Assembly: GCA_963793865.1 (NCBI GenBank) | Contig: CAWCBP010000001.1 | Span: forward strand, 1,206,998 to 1,270,997 | Reading direction: 5' to 3' | Length of the DNA: 64,000 bases | DNA from: an uncultured delta proteobacterium | GTDB lineage: Bacteria > Desulfobacterota > WTBG01 | In this document: one piece after another, positions 19,470 to 28,462 of the stretch | Layout: every line of letters starts with the position of its first letter | Numbering within the stretch: position 1 is the first letter of the stretch | Notes under the pieces: model-generated | Database searches by the model: none | Told to the model about the DNA's origin: nothing | What the model saw: only the letters and a program-made list of their open reading frames with translations | Made by a program: the position numbers and the translations under genes

Positions 19470-20530
19470 CAGTGAACGGCCTTTTTTACTCCCGCCTGCT
19501 CGAAGGTCAGGACTTCGCGGAGCACCCTGATTCCCGACTCGATTAAAAACATTCCCAGCGCCGCGCCGGTGCCTTCGCCCAGCCGCATCGACAGATCGAG
19601 CAGCGGGTCAAGACCCAGCCATTCAAGCACGATGCGGTGGCCCTGCTCTGCGGACCGGTGCCCGGCGAAAAGATACTCCCGTATGGCGGACTTCAGGGAT
19701 ACGGCAACCAGCGCTGCAGCGCCGGAAATAAAACCGTCAATCACCACCGGCATCCTGTTGAAAGCGGAACCGATGATCAAACCGGCGATGCCCGCTATTT
19801 CCAAACCGCCCAGCTTCGCCAGGACATCCACGGGATTGCGCGGATCTGGCCGGTGGAGGTCGATCGCTTCCCGGATGACTGCCGCTTTATGCCGCAGCAT
19901 GTCATCACTAACGCCGGTACCGCGGCCGGTAACCTCATCCACGCTGCGGCCGGTCAGGACGGCGGTTATGGCGCTGCTGGCGGTGGTGTTGGCTATGCCC
20001 ATGTCACCGGTACCGATCAGGGTTACATCTTTTGACGCCAGGTCCTGCGCAATGTCCACCCCGACCATAAGGGCCTTCAGCGCCTCGTCCCGTTCCATGG
20101 CCGGGAACCTCCTCATGTTCCTGGTCCCGTGAGCCACCTTTTTTATGAGCAAACCCTCCTGCGGCTGCAGGTCAACGGCCACGCCGATGTCGACCACCAC
20201 CACACTCGCCCCCGCCTGCCTGGCCAGAACGTTGATTCCCGCGCCGCCGCGCACAAAGTTATAAACCATCTGCGCGGTTACGTCCCGGGCAAACGCGCTT
20301 ACCCCCTCTTCCGCCACTCCGTGGTCGCCGGCAAAAACGGCAATGGCCTTCTTCCCCGGGACAGGACTGAGGGTGTTCCTGATGCCGGCAACGCGCTGGG
20401 CAAACTCTTCAAGCCTGCCCAGGCTTCCCCGGGGTATGGCCATCAAATCAAGCCGGTCGCGGGCCTGCTGCAAGAGTGCCCGGTCAAGCGGCTGTATGGC
20501 GTTAAGCATGTCTTCCAGTCTGTGCATCAT
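19469..20530 (-). CDS. cobT: Nicotinate-nucleotide--benzimidazole phosphoribosyltransferase
   Basis: GSLGRLE, FAGDHGV, GDMGIANTT, TGRGTG and MRLGEGTGA. Confidence 0.96.
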   Translation of the reverse strand: MMHRLEDMLNAIQPLDRALLQQARDRLDLMAIPRGSLGRLEEFAQRVAGIRNTLSPVPGKKAIAVFAGDHGVAEEGVSAFARDVTAQMVYNFVRGGAGINVLARQAGASVVVVDIGVAVDLQPQEGLLIKKVAHGTRNMRRFPAMERDEALKALMVGVDIAQDLASKDVTLIGTGDMGIANTTASSAITAVLTGRSVDEVTGRGTGVSDDMLRHKAAVIREAIDLHRPDPRNPVDVLAKLGGLEIAGIAGLIIGSAFNRMPVVIDGFISGAAALVAVSLKSAIREYLFAGHRSAEQGHRIVLEWLGLDPLLDLSMRLGEGTGAALGMFLIESGIRVLREVLTFEQAGVKKAVH

Positions 20531-20540
20531 CTGTCGATCG

Positions 20541-21086
20541 TCACCTTTGCGGCGAAGCGGGCTTTCCCTTGAGCTGCAGCGGGATACCCGCCACCAGAAA
20601 AAAGACCTCATCCGCCGCACGGGCTATCTCCTGATTCGTTTTCCCCAGCACGTCGCGGAACAGGCGGGAGAGGCTGTTGTCGGGAACGATGCCCATGCCG
20701 GTTTCGTTGCTCACCATGATTATATCCGAAGCGACTGCCCTGCACTGCTCCAGAACCGCGGCCACCTCCCGCAGGATCTCATGCTCGCCCCTGTCATCCA
20801 GCAGCAGGTTGGTAATCCAGAGGCCGATGCAATCGATGAGCACCACCTCATAAAATCCCCGGCAGCTCTCCAATGCCTGAACCAGGCGGCAGGGTTCTTC
20901 AATGGTATGCCAGCTTTCCGGCCGCTCCCGGCGGTGCTGTTCAATCCGCAGCTTCATCTCATCATCGCCCGCCCGGGCGGTGGCAATGAACACCTTTCGC
21001 CCCTCCCGGCCCTCCGCCATCCTCTGGGCAAAGCCGCTTTTCCCGCTCCTGGCGCCACCGGTTACCAGCGTTAAGCTCGATGCCAT
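20541..21086 (-). CDS. cobU: Adenosylcobinamide kinase/guanylyltransferase
   Basis: TGGARSGKS, RIEQHR..RP..W.TIEE, VSNETGMG and VAGIP. Confidence 0.96.
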   Translation of the reverse strand: MASSLTLVTGGARSGKSGFAQRMAEGREGRKVFIATARAGDDEMKLRIEQHRRERPESWHTIEEPCRLVQALESCRGFYEVVLIDCIGLWITNLLLDDRGEHEILREVAAVLEQCRAVASDIIMVSNETGMGIVPDNSLSRLFRDVLGKTNQEIARAADEVFFLVAGIPLQLKGKPASPQR

Positions 21087-21098
21087 GTCGCCTTTCAC

Positions 21099-21272
21099 AA
21101 AAAAACCAACCTTTTGAAGGTTGGGTGAAAAACCGCGGTTTGCAATAGTACCCTTCCTCCCGGAAGGCCTGCACGGGTCTGCGCGCTGCAGGATGGGCGG
21201 CCCGGTTAGAGCCGCATCACCGCATCAATGATCACACCCTCTCATCTATCATGCGCAGCGCAGCAAATACCC
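21099..21272 (-). promoter_or_regulatory. Structured 5' leader with intrinsic terminator (putative attenuator or riboswitch) of the cob operon
   Basis: Long stem 21175-21272, hairpin CCTTCC-GGGA-GGAAGG, and terminator CCAACCTT-CAA-AAGGTTGG-T7 just upstream of cobU. Confidence 0.6.
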
Positions 21273-21289
21273 TTATTTATAAGCATTGC

Positions 21290-21318
21290 TCTATACTGCA
21301 TGGCGTCCCCTTTGTCAA
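21290..21318 (-). promoter_or_regulatory. Sigma70-type promoter of the cob operon
   Basis: TTGACA-N17-TATAGA. Confidence 0.6.
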
Positions 21319-21434
21319 GCGATTTAAAGGCTGGATGCAAGCACTCGGGTAATCCGGGGGTCACCATACTTATTTTATCTCCTTCCGCCTGGGACACTGA
21401 GATGCTATCTTTTTGGAACGGAATATGTTGATGA

Positions 21435-21653
21435 TTAAGCGGTGGTTGCCTGCAGCTGTGCTGGAATTTTGTTTAAAATAACTTCTTTGAGGTTAATTTT
21501 ACGGCTGGCGTTATCAATATCGATTCCGGTAATATTTCCTGTGTCATCATAATCAATGACAACACCTTCAGAAATTTCAACACTCTCCTTACTCGGTTTT
21601 GACGATAGATCAATATAAAGCGAATCGGTTTCGGGGTAGTAATTCAATTTCAT
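21435..21653 (-). CDS. DUF2283-family protein (putative antitoxin)
   Basis: MKLNYYPETDSLYIDL...DYD..GNITGIDI..AS pattern. Confidence 0.85.
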   Translation of the reverse strand: MKLNYYPETDSLYIDLSSKPSKESVEISEGVVIDYDDTGNITGIDIDNASRKINLKEVILNKIPAQLQATTA

Positions 21654-21892
21654 GGTTCGAACCTCCTGTCCGGGAAGGCATTATGGATGGTCTTTTTATC
21701 ATCAAGTGTTATTACTCTTAAAATTCTGCCGCCCAACTCATCAATTCTTCCCCAGAATCGATAACGGTTGTGTTCTTGGCGTTCAACTGTAATCGGATTT
21801 TCAATAACCATAATGCACCATTCCTTCTTTAAATAGGGGCGTTTCCGCAAGACCTCTTTTTCAAAATATGCTGTGTACTTATATTCTAACAT
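21650..21892 (-). CDS. Small basic protein, putative RelE/BrnT-like toxin
   Basis: 80 aa; ILRVITL.D..TIHNAFPDR; 4-nt overlap with the DUF2283 gene; AT-rich. Confidence 0.7.
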   Translation of the reverse strand: MLEYKYTAYFEKEVLRKRPYLKKEWCIMVIENPITVERQEHNRYRFWGRIDELGGRILRVITLDDKKTIHNAFPDRRFEP

Positions 21893-22070
21893 GCGTTAAT
21901 GATAACTTAGTTACGTTAATCTGTAAATATGTTCTTTTGGTAAATTGGTTATGCACCTATTCACCACCCCCTTTCTAAAAAGCCCCGGTGTTACCTTGAC
22001 AAAGCTAGGCATCTTGTTAATTTCAGATATTCCACCTGCGAACATTAACGCTCAACTTCATGAGATCACT

Positions 22071-22860
22071 ATGACAGAACCGGTCATCCAGGTAAACATA
22101 CCTTACCGCATGCTTATTGAAAATCTCGATTTTGTGCTCGAGAAAGGGATCAATCCGGAAATTTACTTCAGCGGTGAGGCGCTGGACACCTGCCGGGAAG
22201 AAGATATGCGCAGGGCGGCCGGGGCGCTGCGCTCCCGCGGCCTGAGCACAACTGTTCACGCCCCCTTCATGGATCTCAGCCCGGGCGGGGCGGATACCAA
22301 AATCAAGTCAGCGACGGTTGAGCGGCTGCATCAGACCCTGACGGCCGCCGCCTTTTTTTCACCCCGGATGATTACCTTTCACCCCGGGTACAACAAGTGG
22401 TATTTCGACGGCAACATCCCCTTCTGGCTGGAAAGCAGCCTTCACACATGGCGGCCCGTCGTTGAACGGGCGGAACAGCTGGACATGCATCTCGCGCTGG
22501 AAAATGTCTTTGAAGAGGAGCCTTCGGGACTGAAGCGGCTGCTTGATGAAATAGGATCACCACGCCTCGGGTTCTGCTTCGACATCGGCCACTTCAACCT
22601 TTTCTCCACCGCTTCCATGGAGGACTGGTTCACCGGCCTGGGGGCACACATGCGCGAGGTTCACCTGCACGACAACCGCAAGACGGCTGATGATCACCTG
22701 CCGGTGGGGGACGGGGAGATCGATTTTGATCTCTTCATAGCGTCTCGTACATGACTACCGGGTGTCACTGATCTATACGGTTGAACCTCACCGGGTGGAG
22801 GACCTGGATAGAAGCATTGAGGGATGCAAACGGATGCTGGCAGGAAAATCTCGGGAGTAA
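22071..22860 (+). CDS. Sugar-phosphate isomerase/AP-endonuclease-2 TIM barrel protein; 1-nt insertion near 22738
   Basis: HAPFMDL, FHPG, ALENV, FDIGH and HLHDN..DDHLPVGDG. The C-terminus (IYTVEPH...) continues in another frame to TAA at 22860. Confidence 0.85.
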
Positions 22861-23058
22861 GTCAGCCGCGGTCTGCAGACGGGAGGTAAAAAAACCATTG
22901 ATTGTATCTCGTTGCCGCGTTGCTATAGCTCCTCTTCAACCTCGAGTTTCATCATCCGGTTCATGACGAACACGGCTTCTGATTCAGGAACCGCAGTTCA
23001 GTCAAGGGCACGGTTTTTTCAGGGCAGGATTGCCGGTTTCGGCTTCCGGCACCGCCCA

Positions 23059-23238
23059 TCAGTTTTGCTTGACGGCTTCGTCGCACTTTAATAAATCGTC
23101 AATCTTTTCCTTGTCAAACCTCCATCGGCTTCCGATCTTGAAGCCGGGAATCTTGCCTTCATTGGCATACTTGTAGATGGTTACCTCGGTAAGCTTCAGA
23201 TATTCAGCCAATTCCTTGGTAGTCAGTATTTTACTCAC
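23059..23238 (-). CDS. Excisionase-family (HTH_17) DNA-binding protein
   Basis: GTG start with GGAGG RBS; LTTKELAEYLKL.EVTIYK.A.EGKIPGFKIGSRWRF. Confidence 0.88.
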   Translation of the reverse strand: MSKILTTKELAEYLKLTEVTIYKYANEGKIPGFKIGSRWRFDKEKIDDLLKCDEAVKQN

Positions 23239-23396
23239 AAGAGCCTCCCTGAATAAAAACAGTGCATGCTTATCTACTCGGGTCAAGATTCATTAATCCT
23301 GCGCAATATAAATATCTTTTCGGCAACGCCTATAAAAACTTGAGAAAAACCATAAAAAACTTACTACCACGATTGCACCTCCGCCGCATGACCAGG

Positions 23397-23434
23397 AAAA
23401 AACCCGGTTTCCGCACTGAACAGGAAACCGGGTT
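23397..23434 (-). terminator. Terminator after the HEAT-repeat gene
   Basis: AACCCGGTTTCC...GGAAACCGGGTT stem with a T run on the minus strand. Confidence 0.6.
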
Positions 23435-23505
23435 CACTCTGCTGTAAGTTATTTAAATTACGGTATAAAATTAAGGTATGCTCAGGCGGCGATTACACGC
23501 AAGGA

Positions 23506-24183
23506 TTACATTTTGTTTTCCGTTTTCCACCAGGCTTTCCATTGCTCCACTATGTCCTGCTGAACGGCTTCAGAAGAATCTTTAACCGATTGGATTGATT
23601 TGTCGGTTATCCTTTTCAACGCGGCCAGCGCCCCTTTCACCACCTCCTTGTCCCTGTCATCCAGGGATTTGATCAGGTAGGGCACTGATGAGGCATCCTT
23701 GATATCCGCCAGCGCGTATGTTGCCACCTTTCTCACCAGCGCGGAGGTATCCGCAAGCGCTCCCGCGATATAGGGAACCAGATCTTTTTTCCTCATCCAG
23801 CCGAGATAGATGAGCGCCCTTCTTCTCACATCCGGGTGCTGGTCCTGCAGCGCCCTGATAAGCTGGTCAGGCACCATGTCACCGCCGCATTTATACAGCC
23901 CCCTCAGCGCACCCAAACGCACCCGGAAGCTTTCGTCTCCCAGGGCCCTGACAAAGGCGTCACCAAGAGAGCGGTCGCCGATTTTGAGCAATGATTCTAT
24001 CGCCTCAATCCGCACCTTCTCGCTTCTGTGGCTGAGCATGCCGATGATGGCATTGGGAGCAGCCTGCGCTCCATACCCCGCCGGTCCCCTGCTTGCAGAA
24101 GCAGGTTCGTGAGCCGCGTTACCCGCCCCGTCTTCGGGCCGGTTGTCAATGACACCTGCCTCGTTGTTCTCCCTATCCTGCAT
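23506..24183 (-). CDS. HEAT-repeat (PBS-lyase-like) protein
   Basis: About five L.D...VR..A..AL repeats and a C-terminal W..WW. Confidence 0.85.
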   Translation of the reverse strand: MQDRENNEAGVIDNRPEDGAGNAAHEPASASRGPAGYGAQAAPNAIIGMLSHRSEKVRIEAIESLLKIGDRSLGDAFVRALGDESFRVRLGALRGLYKCGGDMVPDQLIRALQDQHPDVRRRALIYLGWMRKKDLVPYIAGALADTSALVRKVATYALADIKDASSVPYLIKSLDDRDKEVVKGALAALKRITDKSIQSVKDSSEAVQQDIVEQWKAWWKTENKM

Positions 24184-24231
24184 ACTCTTTCTACCCTTTC
24201 CCGTTATAGCCTATGACATCTGACCGGTCTT

Positions 24232-25572
24232 TTACTCCTCAGACAGTTCAAAGCGGCCCCCGGTGGTTTGTCCATCACTGTCGGCAAGGGCTCCGCTGAT
24301 GCTCTCAATGGCTTCTTTGAGCTGATGTACTTCCTCCTCCAGCTCTTCCTTCTGCGCGACGGTGCGCTCCAGGGCATCGTTTAATTCCTGGATTTTCTCC
24401 AGGGCCTCGGTCCGCTCGTCCTCAACCGTCTTAAGCTCCATCTTCATTTCTTCCATGATGGCAAGTTGTGCCTTTAAATCATCAACAACGGCCGCACTGT
24501 CCTCCTTTTCCTTCCTGGTGCGATCCAGTGATACCAGGGCGGATTCAAGATCAGCCTGCAGGGACTCCTTGAGGGCCTTCTCGGAATCGATTTCCGCTTC
24601 CATGCTTTCTATCCGCTTTTCCGCGTCATCCCGCAGCTTTATTTCTTCCTGCAGCCGCTCATTGAGTGCTTCAAAATCTTTCACCTCTTCCTCTAAATCC
24701 CCAATGCGCTTCCGGTACTCATCGCACAAATTCTTCTCGTTTTCCAGATCTTTAAGAATGCTTTTTAAATCCATTTCCAAAGCATCCTTGAGCGAGGCGC
24801 TGGTCTGCAGGCTTGCCTCCAGATCGCTCAGCCTCTCCTGGGTTTCCGCCTGTTCTTTTTTGGTACGGGCGAGATCCCTCTTGACCATTTCCAGGGATTC
24901 AACTTTTTCTTCCAGCAGCCCCGCATGGTTTTTCAGGTCGGTAATGACATGGTCGCGTTCTTCCAGTGTTTTCAATATAGTCTTCAATTCTCTCTCAAGC
25001 GATTCTTTAGCACCGGTAATGTCCTGCAATCTGGATTCGGCAATCTTCAGTTTGTTCAGATCATCCTGGTGGGACTTATCGTTCCAGGCTATTTTGTCCT
25101 CCAGGAACCTGATTTTGCCTTTCAAATCCTCCTGTGCCTCCATGGTGTTGAGCAGCGTGTCCTTGGTTGTCGCCAGCTCAGATTCCAGGCTTCGCCGCTG
25201 CTCGTCAAGTGAGGTGATCTGCCCTTGCAGAGATTTTATCTGTTCAAAGGCGTCGGCCTTTTCCTCTTCACTGTACTTAAACTCGGATTTTACCCCCTGC
25301 AGGGCGCCTTTCAGGCCGTTGACTTCATCAAGCAGTTTTTTTCGCCCTTCCCGCAGTTCCGCCAGTTGCGCATTGGCATTTTTCAGATCGATGGCCAGCT
25401 TGTTGCGCTCCCTGGTGACCATTTCCAGCTGCGACTCGAATTTCTGAATCCTGGTCAAGGTGTTGCTTTTGAAGTCATTGATCCAGCCGAGCGTCTTCCC
25501 GCGCCTGTTTTTATCCGAGCCGGCCGGATCACCCTGCGAGAGATCTTTCCTGGGATTGGCGTCTTCCATCAC
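24232..25572 (-). CDS. Long acidic coiled-coil protein with ~70-aa internal repeats
   Basis: Heptad-rich E/K/L sequence with no Pro in the rod and no ATPase head. Confidence 0.8.
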   Translation of the reverse strand: MMEDANPRKDLSQGDPAGSDKNRRGKTLGWINDFKSNTLTRIQKFESQLEMVTRERNKLAIDLKNANAQLAELREGRKKLLDEVNGLKGALQGVKSEFKYSEEEKADAFEQIKSLQGQITSLDEQRRSLESELATTKDTLLNTMEAQEDLKGKIRFLEDKIAWNDKSHQDDLNKLKIAESRLQDITGAKESLERELKTILKTLEERDHVITDLKNHAGLLEEKVESLEMVKRDLARTKKEQAETQERLSDLEASLQTSASLKDALEMDLKSILKDLENEKNLCDEYRKRIGDLEEEVKDFEALNERLQEEIKLRDDAEKRIESMEAEIDSEKALKESLQADLESALVSLDRTRKEKEDSAAVVDDLKAQLAIMEEMKMELKTVEDERTEALEKIQELNDALERTVAQKEELEEEVHQLKEAIESISGALADSDGQTTGGRFELSEE

Positions 25573-25740
25573 GTTCTCCTCTTAAATAAAAATTTGAAAA
25601 ATGCGAAGCGAGTGTCAAGACCGGCAGCGTGTTGCGTAATATGCCGGGAAAATGAGATGCGCGCCCAGTACCGCGACACGAAAACCACCTTTGCGGCACA
25701 CTATATACTGACTTATTAATTTTTACAAATATTTTCTCTG

Positions 25741-25841
25741 GCAGGTTGTTGAAAAAGTAGTTTTCCTCAGGTTGTTCAAAGGCTCAAGGGGGAGGGGCTT
25801 TTTAGAGCCACAAATCAGATGGGTGTTTTTTAACAGCTTGC
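25741..25841. mobile_element. MITE-like element, copy A
   Basis: Ends GCAGGTTGTTGAAAAA and TTTTTAACAGCTTGC; an inverted relative of 43139-43228. Confidence 0.65.
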
Positions 25842-26037
25842 TAAAATCATGCGCCTTGCCCCTCACCCTCTCACCGGGTCATATTCATAACCAAATGTCA
25901 CTTTACAACCGCCCGTTCAAATGGTACAGTCTCATCTCATTCAAAAGACGTGCGTAATATGGTTCAAGCCCGGTCATCCCTCATGATCAGCGACACATGC
26001 TTCCTCCATCACACCTGTTTTTCTTCAAGCTCCTGCC

Positions 26038-27030
26038 ATGATTAATCTGCGTCCGCTCGGCACCCTCGGCGTTACTGTTTCAGAAATTGCATTCGGCGGC
26101 GCCGCCATCAGCGGTGAAGGCCGCGGCTACGGCTTCGGCCGCATCGGAGAGGAAGAGGCCCTGAAGCTGCTGGCGGCATGTTTCGACCGGGGCATCAATC
26201 TTTATGACACCGCACCGGTTTACGGGTTCGGACTTTCTGAAAAAAGAATCGGCAGGGCCTTCCGGGGAATGCGGGACCGCGTCCTGATTGCCACAAAAGG
26301 CGGCATCGTCTGGGATGACCGGAAAAGAATAAAGATTGACAATCACCCCCAAGTGATGCAAAAAATGCTTGAGCAGTCCCTCAAAGATCTGGAAACAGGG
26401 TATGTTGATCTGTACCTGATCCACTGGCCCGACAAAAACACGGACATCAGGAAACCCATGGAGTACCTCAGCCGGGCAAAGGAGGAGGGGAAAATCAGGG
26501 CCATAGGTCTGTGCAACTCGAGCCGCGAGGACATTCACAAGGCAGCTCAAATCGATACCGTCGACGTGCTGCAGAGCGAGTTTAATCTTTTCAACGCTTC
26601 TGCTTTTAGTGACCTCCGCGAAATCCTCGGAAACAAAAAGACCGGTTTCCTGAGCTGGGGCACCCTGGACAAGGGGATCCTGACCGGGCGCGTCACGCCT
26701 GAGCGGACCTTTGATGACGCCGACGCCCGCTCCCGGGCTCCCTGGTGGAAGCATGAGGACCGGACCCCCAAGTACCTGGCCATGGAGAAAATAGGCGCCC
26801 TTCTGGGCGATGCCGGCCACTCACCCCTGGAATTGGCACTGGGGTTCGTGTTACAGTATAGCGAGGTAAGCGCAGCCCTCTGCGGGATAAGAAACATCGG
26901 ACAGCTGACGACCGCGATCGAGGCTCTCAGCCATCTTCCTCCAAAAGAGATACTCGACGAGGCGAAAGCGAGCGCCGATGAAACATTGCAAAGCTGCGCG
27001 CAGGACAAGAAAACAGCCGGCGGGAATTGA
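26038..27030 (+). CDS. Aldo/keto reductase
   Basis: GINLYDTAPVYG, IATKGG, DLYLIHWP and GKIRAIGLCN. Confidence 0.93.
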   Translation: MINLRPLGTLGVTVSEIAFGGAAISGEGRGYGFGRIGEEEALKLLAACFDRGINLYDTAPVYGFGLSEKRIGRAFRGMRDRVLIATKGGIVWDDRKRIKIDNHPQVMQKMLEQSLKDLETGYVDLYLIHWPDKNTDIRKPMEYLSRAKEEGKIRAIGLCNSSREDIHKAAQIDTVDVLQSEFNLFNASAFSDLREILGNKKTGFLSWGTLDKGILTGRVTPERTFDDADARSRAPWWKHEDRTPKYLAMEKIGALLGDAGHSPLELALGFVLQYSEVSAALCGIRNIGQLTTAIEALSHLPPKEILDEAKASADETLQSCAQDKKTAGGN

Positions 27031-27082
27031 ACGTGTGTATCCAGAACAGCCTGCATTGAACCCCCTTCTCCAGGGTGAACTC

Positions 27083-27619
27083 ATGAAAAAACGGGTACGC
27101 TGCAACGGATCAAAACTTTTCGCCCTCTGCCTCCTCTCGATGCTCGCATTTTTTTATGCGGCTGCCGACCGGGCATGGGCGGAAAAACGGCAGCCGGTCG
27201 TGAGCCCTGACGGCTTTTGCCTGAAAAGTACGGAGGGTGAGTACGTCTCGCTCAAGGATTTCAAGGACAAGAAAGTAGTCCATCTGGTGTTCTGGGCCAC
27301 CTGGTGCCCCCATTGCCTCATCGAGATGACTAAAATCAGGGATCTGCACAAGAGCATGGACTGCGCCCGCTACGAGCTGCTGGCCATCGACGTCGGAGTC
27401 AACGACACCCTGCCGCGCATCAAAAAAATACAGAGCCAGTATCAGATTCCCGGTACAATACTGATTGACGGGTCCGGCGAGGTAACCAGAAAATACGGCA
27501 TTATCGGCGTGCCCTACCACATCATCATCGGCACGGATGGAAGCATTCTCGATCGCTTCAACGAACTTCCCGCGGACTATCTGAACTATTTCAAAAGGTT
27601 CTTCCCCCCCGAAAGCTGA
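27083..27619 (+). CDS. TlpA-family thiol-disulfide oxidoreductase
   Basis: Signal peptide, FWATWCPHC and YGIIGVP. Confidence 0.9.
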   Translation: MKKRVRCNGSKLFALCLLSMLAFFYAAADRAWAEKRQPVVSPDGFCLKSTEGEYVSLKDFKDKKVVHLVFWATWCPHCLIEMTKIRDLHKSMDCARYELLAIDVGVNDTLPRIKKIQSQYQIPGTILIDGSGEVTRKYGIIGVPYHIIIGTDGSILDRFNELPADYLNYFKRFFPPES

Positions 27620-27655
27620 ACAATTTGAACATTACCGCCATTGGAGGAGATGCAC

Positions 27656-28462
27656 ATGACAGAAGGTCGAAACCGATTTTCCGGCAGGCATGTTATTATA
27701 ACCGGAGCGGGCAGCGGCATAGGCCGAGGTGTTGCTCATCGCTTTGCATCCGAGGGCGCGCGGGTTGTCGTCGCCGACATTGACGGGGAAGGAGGCAAAG
27801 CGGTGGCCCGGGAGCTGACGGACAAGGGCGCTGAAGCCGTCTACCTTCCGGTGGATGTTACAAGCGAAGACTCCATCAAGGGGCTGATCGTTGAAGCCGT
27901 GAAACGCTTTGGACCCGTGCATGTTGCGGTTTCCAACGCGGGCATCTCGGAGACACAGTCCTCCGCCCTGGAAATTTCTTCTGATCAGTGGGATAAGGTT
28001 TTTGCGGTGAATACCAGGGGATCATTCATGTTTTGCCGGGCGAGCGCCAATAATATGATGGAAAACGACATCAAGGGTTCCATGGTAACCGTATCATCCA
28101 TCATGGGGCGAGGCGCAAAAAATATGACCGGTGCCTACGCCGCTTCAAAGGCCGCGGTCATCATGTTCACCAAATCCCTGGCAAAGGCACTGGCCCCGAT
28201 GGGTATCAGGGTGAACTGTATTGCGCCGGGGATGGTCAAAACCAACCTCTACCGGCCGGTTGAAAACGAGATGATGATGGAACGGGACAGCTTTGTACCC
28301 TGGATTATTGAGCAATGTGTGTCAAGCGGGCAGCTGCTCATCGGCCGTGAGGGAACACCTGAGGATATGGCCGCCGCGGTGGCCTTTCTCGCATCGGACG
28401 ATGCCTCGTACATAACCGCACAGGTGCTCTGCGTGGACGGCGGCATGGACTGGTGCTGGTAA
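27656..28462 (+). CDS. SDR-family oxidoreductase
   Basis: TGAGSGIG, SNAGI, YAASK and IRVNCIAPG. Confidence 0.93.
   Translation: MTEGRNRFSGRHVIITGAGSGIGRGVAHRFASEGARVVVADIDGEGGKAVARELTDKGAEAVYLPVDVTSEDSIKGLIVEAVKRFGPVHVAVSNAGISETQSSALEISSDQWDKVFAVNTRGSFMFCRASANNMMENDIKGSMVTVSSIMGRGAKNMTGAYAASKAAVIMFTKSLAKALAPMGIRVNCIAPGMVKTNLYRPVENEMMMERDSFVPWIIEQCVSSGQLLIGREGTPEDMAAAVAFLASDDASYITAQVLCVDGGMDWCW

Noticed and set aside
22071..22860. TIM-barrel gene near the cob operon as the cobamide-remodelling enzyme CbiR
   Set aside because: It is in the same broad superfamily, but it is divergently transcribed and separated by a TA-like insert, and I see no CbiR-specific features. Proximity alone is insufficient.
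23059..23238. Excisionase as a prophage marker
   Set aside because: There is no integrase and no phage genes; stand-alone HTH_17 regulators are common.
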